Source of the DNA: Terriglobia bacterium
GTDB lineage: Bacteria; Acidobacteriota; Polarisedimenticolia; Polarisedimenticolales; JAIQFR01
Direction: 5' to 3'
DNA: 64,000 nucleotides
NCBI GenBank assembly: GCA_963748015.1
Contig: CAVVHE010000005.1
Location: 256,001 to 320,000, forward strand
Shown here one piece after another: positions 58,073 through 64,000 of this stretch. The position numbers and the translations under genes are program-made. How positions within the stretch are numbered: the stretch's first letter is position 1; each line of letters starts with the position of its first letter. Below the pieces are notes generated by a model, which did not search any database, was not told the DNA's origin, and was given only the letters and a program-made list of their open reading frames with translations.

Positions 58073-58339
58073 TCAGCCCCGCTTGTTCCCGCGGTGCCTC
58101 TCGTAGGCCTCGAGACAAGCCTGCCGCACCTCCTCGGGCAGGGTCGCGCGCTTCAGGCTTCCCACGTGGGCCACCGTCGTTCGGAGCGACCGCAGGAACC
58201 GGACGCAGGGCTCGCAGTCGTGGAGATGGCCCTCGATCTCGGCGGACGCCGGCTCGCCCAGCTCCCCGTCGAGGTACTCGGAGAGCCGCTCGAGCATCTC
58301 GCGGCACGACGCCGAGCCGTGCTCGTGGGGGGAGGTCAT
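58073..58339 (-). CDS. zf-HC2 (ZAS) soluble anti-sigma factor
   Basis: CREMLERLSEYLDGEL...HLHDCEPC. Start overlaps the sigma gene stop. Confidence 0.9.
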   Translation of the reverse strand: MTSPHEHGSASCREMLERLSEYLDGELGEPASAEIEGHLHDCEPCVRFLRSLRTTVAHVGSLKRATLPEEVRQACLEAYERHRGNKRG

Positions 58340-58944
58340 GCCTTCCCTCCGGCGGCCCGGGCCGAGGAGAGGGCCGCCTCGAGCCGCTGCCGCACCATGA
58401 GGCGCGCGCGGTGGAGGCGCATCTTGACCGTCGTGACGGGCAGCGAGAGGGCTTCCGCCGTCTCCTCCGTCGAAAGTTGCTCCATGTCCCGCATGACGAG
58501 TACGATGCGATAGTGGTCCGGAAGGTCACCGATCGCGCCCCTTACCCGTTCCTGAATCCATGTCCGCTCGAGGTCCTCGTCGGGCAGCGACCCCGGGTCG
58601 GGGATCTCGACCCCCGGCCCCTCGCCCGGACGCGGCGCCAGCTCCTCGATCGACAGCTCCCGCGCGGGTTCGTACTTCCCCTTCCGGCGCTTCATCAGGC
58701 AGGCGTTCGACGCCACCCGGTAGAGCCACGACCGGAGCGCCTCGGGATGTTCGAGGTCCTTGAGCGAGAGGTAGGCCTGGAGGAGCGTATCCTGCATGAC
58801 GTCGCGGGCGTCCTCCGACTCCCCGCACACGCGCCGGCCGAAGCCGTAGATCCGGTCGCCGTAGGCGGCCACGAACCCGTCGAACGCCCCGGGCTCGTCG
58901 CGCCGGATCCGCTCGAGCAGCGCCGCATCTTCCTCTAGGGCCAT
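58336..58944 (-). CDS. ECF RNA polymerase sigma factor
   Basis: DARDVMQDT, SWLYRVASN, TVKMRLHRAR. Confidence 0.92.
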   Translation of the reverse strand: MALEEDAALLERIRRDEPGAFDGFVAAYGDRIYGFGRRVCGESEDARDVMQDTLLQAYLSLKDLEHPEALRSWLYRVASNACLMKRRKGKYEPARELSIEELAPRPGEGPGVEIPDPGSLPDEDLERTWIQERVRGAIGDLPDHYRIVLVMRDMEQLSTEETAEALSLPVTTVKMRLHRARLMVRQRLEAALSSARAAGGKA

Positions 58945-59069
58945 ATCGAGGGTTCTCCCGGCCGGTCATGGTACCACCGCGTTCCCTCGGGGACCGGGCG
59001 GGAGTATCCTCGCCGGAGCCCGCTGCATCCTCACGTGGGGCGGCGAAACGCCTCGCCGGGAGACACCGC

Positions 59070-60434
59070 ATGAAGCTTCGTCCGATCCTCGTTGCACAGG
59101 CACTCGCCGCGGCGGCCCTGCTCGACGCCGGCCTGCACGCGGCCGAGCTTCTGACCCCGGACTCGGCCGTCGCTCTCGCTCTCGCCAACCATCCGGTCGT
59201 CCGCGCCGCGGACCGCGACCTGGACGCGGCGGTGGCGGACGGGAAGCTGGCGCGGAGCGGCTGGCTCCCCCGTCTCGACCTGACCGAGGACTGGGTGCGC
59301 TCGACGAACCCCGTCTTCGTTTTCGCCTCGAAGCTCGGCCAGGAGCGGTTCGCGATGACCGATTTCGACATTGCGGCGCTCAACCACCCCGACCCGTTCA
59401 CGAACGCGGCGACCCGGGTGGTCCTGCGACAGAACGTCTGGGACGCGGGGAGAACGCATCTCTACAAGAAGGCGGCGGGCTTCGGCGTGGACGCCTCGAC
59501 CGGCTCGCGCGAGCGGACGCGCGAGGAGGTGGCGTTCGGCGCCACGCGCGCCTTCTGGGACGCCGTGCTGGCCAAGGAGTTCGTCGAGGTGACCCGTGCG
59601 GCCGAGGCGGCGGCGAAGGCCAACGCCGACCTCGCGAAACGGCACGAGGAGGCGGGACTCGCGGTGGCGTCCGACCGGATGTCCGCGGAGGTGCGCCTCG
59701 CCGAGGTGCAGGCGATGAGGATCCGCGCGGAGCAAGGGGCCACGGTGTCGCGCGCCGCCCTCAGACAGGCGCTCGGAATCGGCGAGGACCGGGAGTTCGA
59801 GCTCGCTCCGGCGGAGCTCGAGCCGGGGCCGGCGGAAGGGGACGTGGAATCGCGCGTCGCCGAGGCGCTCGCGAATCGGCCGGATCTCCGTTCGCTCGAC
59901 GCGAGGCTCGAGCAGGCGGCGGTCGGCGAGAAGATCGCCCGCAGCCACCGGCTGCCGGAGATCGGGGTCGGCGCCCAGGCCGAGTGGAACGGGAGCAACC
60001 TGCTGGGAAACGACGGCAACAACTGGAGCGCGGGCGTGTCGGTGAGGTGGCCGGTCTTCGACGGTCAGGAGACCACGGCACGCGCCGCGCGGGCGGCGGC
60101 CGACCGCGAGAAGGTGGTGGCCTATCGCCAGGCGACGTCGGAGGGAGTACGCCTCGAGGTCCGCGCGGCCTGGGCCGACCGGACCTCCGCCTCGGAGCGG
60201 CTCCTGGTGGCGAGGTCGGCGCTGACGCAAGCCGAGGAAGCGCTTCGGATCGTCCGCGACCGTTACGACGAGGGGATGGCGGTGATGGTCGAGCTGCTCG
60301 GCGCGGAGGCGGCCAGGACCGCGGCCCAGGGGAACCGGGCCGCCGCGTCAAGGGACCTGGCGATCGCGACCGCGGCGCTCGACCTCGCGACGGGACGCGG
60401 AATCGCGGCCGCGGCAGCGGTCGAGGAGCGTTGA
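59070..60434 (+). CDS. TolC-family outer-membrane efflux protein
   Basis: Signal peptide, ALANHP..., ALANRPDL, RYDEG helical repeats. Confidence 0.9.
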   Translation: MKLRPILVAQALAAAALLDAGLHAAELLTPDSAVALALANHPVVRAADRDLDAAVADGKLARSGWLPRLDLTEDWVRSTNPVFVFASKLGQERFAMTDFDIAALNHPDPFTNAATRVVLRQNVWDAGRTHLYKKAAGFGVDASTGSRERTREEVAFGATRAFWDAVLAKEFVEVTRAAEAAAKANADLAKRHEEAGLAVASDRMSAEVRLAEVQAMRIRAEQGATVSRAALRQALGIGEDREFELAPAELEPGPAEGDVESRVAEALANRPDLRSLDARLEQAAVGEKIARSHRLPEIGVGAQAEWNGSNLLGNDGNNWSAGVSVRWPVFDGQETTARAARAAADREKVVAYRQATSEGVRLEVRAAWADRTSASERLLVARSALTQAEEALRIVRDRYDEGMAVMVELLGAEAARTAAQGNRAAASRDLAIATAALDLATGRGIAAAAAVEER

Positions 60435-60435
60435 G

Positions 60436-61584
60436 ATGACCCGGAAACGGAGCGAGAGGAAGACGATGCGGCACGACGCGACCTTCACCCTGAACCCCTC
60501 GAAGATGCGCCTCACCCCGCGGCACGCCGCCTTGGCGCTTATCGCGGCCTCGCTCCTCGCCGCGGCGTGCGGCGGAGGTCACGAGGCCGCGAGGCCCGAC
60601 GCGGGCCCGCCGGTCGCCGCGAAGGTGGCCGCGGTCGAGGAGGTCGTGTGGGCGAGGCCGCTCACGGTCACCGCGGGTGTCAGCCCGCTGCGACGCGCGA
60701 CGCCGGGGACGATCCTGATGGGGCGCGTGGACCGGATTCTCCGCCGCGAGGGAGATCGCGTCCGCGCCGGCGAGCCTCTCGCCCGGATCGAGAGCCGCGA
60801 GGTGGCGGCCCGGTTGGCGCAGGCGGAGGCGAACGTCGCCGCGGCTTCCGCGATGGAGACGAACGCGAGGCTCATGAAGGAGCGCATGGAGCGGCTCCTC
60901 GCGAAGCAGGCCGCGACGCGCAAGAACGTCGAGGACGCGACCGCCGGGTACGACGCGGCGGCGGCGAACCTCGCGGCGGCGAAGGAGGGTGTCGCGGCCG
61001 CGCGCATGTACGTGGCCTACTCGGAGGTGGCCGCCCCTTTCGCGGGGGTCGTGGTGGAGAGGCGCGTCGAGGTGGGCGACACCGCGGCTCCGGGGATGCC
61101 GCTCTTCGTCGTGGACGACACCTCGAAGATGAAGATCGAGGCTCAGGTCCCCGAGAGCGCCCTTCGCGGCATCGCGGCCGGCAACCCGGTCGAGGTCGAG
61201 GTGGATTCCGCGGGCGGCGGCGCTCGTAGCGGGACGGTGTCGGAGGTCCTCCCGGCCGCGGACCCGAGGAGCCGCTCGTTCACGGTGCGAGTCGTGCTCG
61301 ACAACGCCGACGGCGCGCTGCGGGCGGGGATGTTCGCGCGGCTCCGCCTCGGGGGCGACGACGAGAAAGCGGTCGTCGTTCCCGAGAGCGCCGCGGTCCG
61401 CCGGGGCCCGCTCACCGGGATCTTCACCGTGGACGGCCAGGGAATCGCGCGGCTCCGATGGGTTTCGCTCGGCGAGGCGCGGGACGGGCGAATCGAGGTC
61501 CTGTCCGGGCTCGGCGCGGGCGAGCGCATCGTCACGGATCCGCCGGCCGCCCTCGAGGACGGGCGGCGGGTCGAGGTGCTCTGA
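60436..61584 (+). CDS. RND efflux periplasmic adaptor subunit (the start may be ATG 60505)
   Basis: LLAAAC lipobox, EGDRVRAG, APFAGVV, GMFAR, EVLSGL. Confidence 0.9.
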   Translation: MTRKRSERKTMRHDATFTLNPSKMRLTPRHAALALIAASLLAAACGGGHEAARPDAGPPVAAKVAAVEEVVWARPLTVTAGVSPLRRATPGTILMGRVDRILRREGDRVRAGEPLARIESREVAARLAQAEANVAAASAMETNARLMKERMERLLAKQAATRKNVEDATAGYDAAAANLAAAKEGVAAARMYVAYSEVAAPFAGVVVERRVEVGDTAAPGMPLFVVDDTSKMKIEAQVPESALRGIAAGNPVEVEVDSAGGGARSGTVSEVLPAADPRSRSFTVRVVLDNADGALRAGMFARLRLGGDDEKAVVVPESAAVRRGPLTGIFTVDGQGIARLRWVSLGEARDGRIEVLSGLGAGERIVTDPPAALEDGRRVEVL

Positions 61585-64000
61585 TGGCCGGCGTCGGCGC
61601 CTCGGGCCGTATCGCCCGGGCATTCATCGACAACAAGCTGACGCCGCTCCTCGTCGTCGCGGCCCTGATCCTCGGCGTCCTGGCGGTGGTGGCGACGCCC
61701 CGAGAGGAGGAGCCGCAGATCGTCGTGCCGATGATCGACATCCTGGCCCCGTGGCCCGGGGCCGACGCGGCCGACGTCGAGCGCCTCGTCGCCGTGCCGC
61801 TCGAGCGCGCGGTGCGGGAGATTCCCGAGGTCGAGTATGCGTACTCGACGTCGAGGCCGTCCGGCGCGATGGTCATCGTCCGGTTCCTGGTCAACTCCGA
61901 TCCGGAGCGCGCGCTGGTCAACGTAAAGAACAAGGTCGAGAACGCGATCCCCTCCCTTCCCGCGGGGGCGATGCGCCCCTCGGTGACGCCGCGCTCCATC
62001 GACGACGTGCCGATCCTCGCGGTGACCTTCTCCTCGGACCGGTACGACCCTTTGGCGCTCCGGCGGATGGCGGCGGAGATCGAGGAGGAGATCCGGGCGG
62101 TCCCGAACGTCGCGTCCACGACCCTTCTCGGCGGGCTCCGGCGCGAGATCCGCGTCGAGCTGGATCCCGAGCGGCTCGCCGCGCGGGGCCTGGCACCGGC
62201 GGCCGTCTACATGGCGCTCGAGAAGGCGGGGAAGTCGCTCCCCGCGGGAAGCGTCGGGGCGGGCGGCCGCGAGATCCTGGTCGAGACCGGCGATTTCCTC
62301 GCGGGGGCGGACGACGTCGCGCGGGTGGTGATCGCCGCGCCGCTGGGCAACCCCGTGCGCGTCTCGGACATCGCGCGCGTCGCGGACGCCCCGGAAGAGC
62401 CGCGCAGCTACGTGTTCCACGCCGAGCGGGGAAAGCCCACCGTCCCGGCCGTCACGCTCGCGGTGGCGAAGACGCGCGGAGCGAACGCGACCGTGGTGGC
62501 CGAGGCCGCTCTCGCGCGGATCGAGGCCGTGCGCGGGCGCCTGCTGCCGGCCGACGTCTCGACGACCGTCACCCGCGACTACGGCGAGACCGCCCAGGAG
62601 AAGTCCAACGAGCTGATCTTCCACATCCTCCTCGCCACCCTCTCGGTGGTGGCGCTGATGGCGTTGGCGCTCGGCTGGCGGGAGGCGGTGGTGGTGGCGG
62701 TGGCCGTGCCGGTCACGCTCGCCCTGACGCTGCTGATCTACTACCTCTCGGGATACACGCTGAACCGCGTCACCCTCTTCGCGTTGATCTTCTCGATCGG
62801 GATCCTGGTGGACGACGCGATCGTCGTCGTCGAGAACATCCACCGCCACATGTCGCTCAGGAAGCTCCCCCCGCTGCAGGCGGCGGTCTTCGCGGTGGAC
62901 GAGGTCGGGAACCCGACGATCCTCGCCACGTTCACCGTGATCGCGGCGATCCTGCCGATGGCGTTCGTGAGCGGCCTGATGGGGCCGTACATGCGGCCGA
63001 TCCCCGTCGGCGCCTCGTTCGCCATGCTGATCTCGCTGCTCGTCGCGTTCGTGGTTTCACCGTGGATCGCCTACCGCCTGCTCCGCCACGAGGCGGCCGG
63101 CGGCGGTCACGAGGGCAACGAGGGCATCGGCGCGAGACTCTACCGCCGGATGATGGAGCCGATGCTCCGGCGGGCCGCCTACCGGTGGGGGATGCTCGCC
63201 GGGGTGGTCGTGCTCCTGCTGCTGTCCGTGGCGCTCGTCCCGCTCAAGCTCGTGACGGTCAAGATGCTCCCGTTCGACAACAAGAGCGAGATGCAGGTGA
63301 TCGTGGACGCCCCCGAGGGGACGACGCTCGAGGCCACGCTGGCGGCGGCGCGCGAAATGGCCGACCGCCTCTCCGCGGAGCCCGAGGTCCGCGGCATACA
63401 GGTCTACGCGGGGACTTCGGCGCCGTTCAACTTCAACGGCCTCGTCCGCCACTACTTCGCGCGGCAGCTGCCGAACAAGGCCGACCTCCAGGTCAATCTC
63501 CTGCCGAAAGGGGACCGGAAGGCGTCGAGCCACGCGATCGCCGGCCGGATCCGGCCGCTAGTCATCGAGATCGCGAAACGGCACGGCGTGCGGGTGAAGG
63601 TCGCCGAGATCCCGCCCGGCCCGCCCGTCCTCTCCACCCTCGTCGCCGAGGTGTACGGCCCCGACGCCGCCGTGCGGGAGGAGATCGCGCGGAAGGTCCT
63701 CGAGATCTTCGACGAGACCGCCGGCGTCGTGGACACCGACTGGTACGTCGAGGCGCCGCAGCCCAAGGCGCGGTTCGTGGTGGATCGCGAGAAGGCGGCC
63801 CTGTCGGGCGTGGACGCGGAGCAGGTCGCGGCGACGCTGCGGCTCGCGGTGGACGGCCTCTCCCCCTCGGTGGCGCATCCCGGGAACGAGCGGGAGCCCG
63901 TGCCGGTCGTCGTCCGGCTCTCCCGCGCCGAGCGCAGCAGCCTGTCGTCGCTCGGCGGGCTCAGGCTTCTCTCGGCGGCGGGTACGACCGTCCCGCTGTC
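61584..64000 (+). CDS. RND permease (AcrB-like), 3' end runs off the window
   Basis: Absent from the ORF track. ATG overlaps the adaptor stop. TPREEEPQIVVP, TLNRVTLFALIFSIGILVDDAIVVVEN, KMLPFDNKSE. Confidence 0.92.
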   Translation, partial: MAGVGASGRIARAFIDNKLTPLLVVAALILGVLAVVATPREEEPQIVVPMIDILAPWPGADAADVERLVAVPLERAVREIPEVEYAYSTSRPSGAMVIVRFLVNSDPERALVNVKNKVENAIPSLPAGAMRPSVTPRSIDDVPILAVTFSSDRYDPLALRRMAAEIEEEIRAVPNVASTTLLGGLRREIRVELDPERLAARGLAPAAVYMALEKAGKSLPAGSVGAGGREILVETGDFLAGADDVARVVIAAPLGNPVRVSDIARVADAPEEPRSYVFHAERGKPTVPAVTLAVAKTRGANATVVAEAALARIEAVRGRLLPADVSTTVTRDYGETAQEKSNELIFHILLATLSVVALMALALGWREAVVVAVAVPVTLALTLLIYYLSGYTLNRVTLFALIFSIGILVDDAIVVVENIHRHMSLRKLPPLQAAVFAVDEVGNPTILATFTVIAAILPMAFVSGLMGPYMRPIPVGASFAMLISLLVAFVVSPWIAYRLLRHEAAGGGHEGNEGIGARLYRRMMEPMLRRAAYRWGMLAGVVVLLLLSVALVPLKLVTVKMLPFDNKSEMQVIVDAPEGTTLEATLAAAREMADRLSAEPEVRGIQVYAGTSAPFNFNGLVRHYFARQLPNKADLQVNLLPKGDRKASSHAIAGRIRPLVIEIAKRHGVRVKVAEIPPGPPVLSTLVAEVYGPDAAVREEIARKVLEIFDETAGVVDTDWYVEAPQPKARFVVDREKAALSGVDAEQVAATLRLAVDGLSPSVAHPGNEREPVPVVVRLSRAERSSLSSLGGLRLLSAAGTTVPL

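Noticed and set aside
58000..59050. Shared TGCATC...CGGCG motif upstream of DUF2892 and tolC as an ECF promoter
   Set aside because: The spacing differs (17 versus 11 nt), so it is not a consistent promoter.

Overview
This is a high-GC, densely coding bacterial window of about 50 genes. The gene repertoire resembles Acidobacteriota (inference, not demonstrated). Left to right: a propeller-type sensor (partial), cysK, an FAD/NAD-binding oxidoreductase, pxpB-pxpC-MFS-pxpA, an MshEN-domain protein, a pentaheme cytochrome c, a Ser/Thr kinase-TPR protein, a methyltransferase, a DEAD-box helicase, a B12 radical SAM/TMTC-like glycosyltransferase operon, a ~2000-aa S8 protease, an M16 peptidase pair, infC, queF, an HtrA protease, long-form ispG, a ~2200-aa kelch/Cys-rich/dockerin protein next to a cohesin-like lipoprotein, a beta-CASP nuclease, proline dehydrogenase, dnaJ, a PAS kinase/NtrC-family pair, an Rrf2 regulator, and an ECF sigma/anti-sigma/DUF2892/DUF302 module divergent from a TolC-MFP-RND pump (partial). 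The main observations not shown in the ORF track are: (1) an apparent non-cellulosomal cohesin-dockerin surface-display pair; (2) a CxxU SelW/Rdx selenoprotein with a SECIS-like hairpin; (3) five dispersed intergenic hairpins sharing a covarying AGAC-RR-CCC-TTTTYC-GGG-YY-G core; (4) a 162-bp segment with 26-bp inverted ends between divergent genes (candidate invertible promoter or MITE); (5) probable AUC starts in infC and the Rrf2 gene, plus a plausible sigma54/NtrC circuit and a HAIR-like operator at dnaJ. I recognised no tRNA, rRNA, CRISPR array or transposase. All family assignments come from reading motifs by eye, not from database searches.
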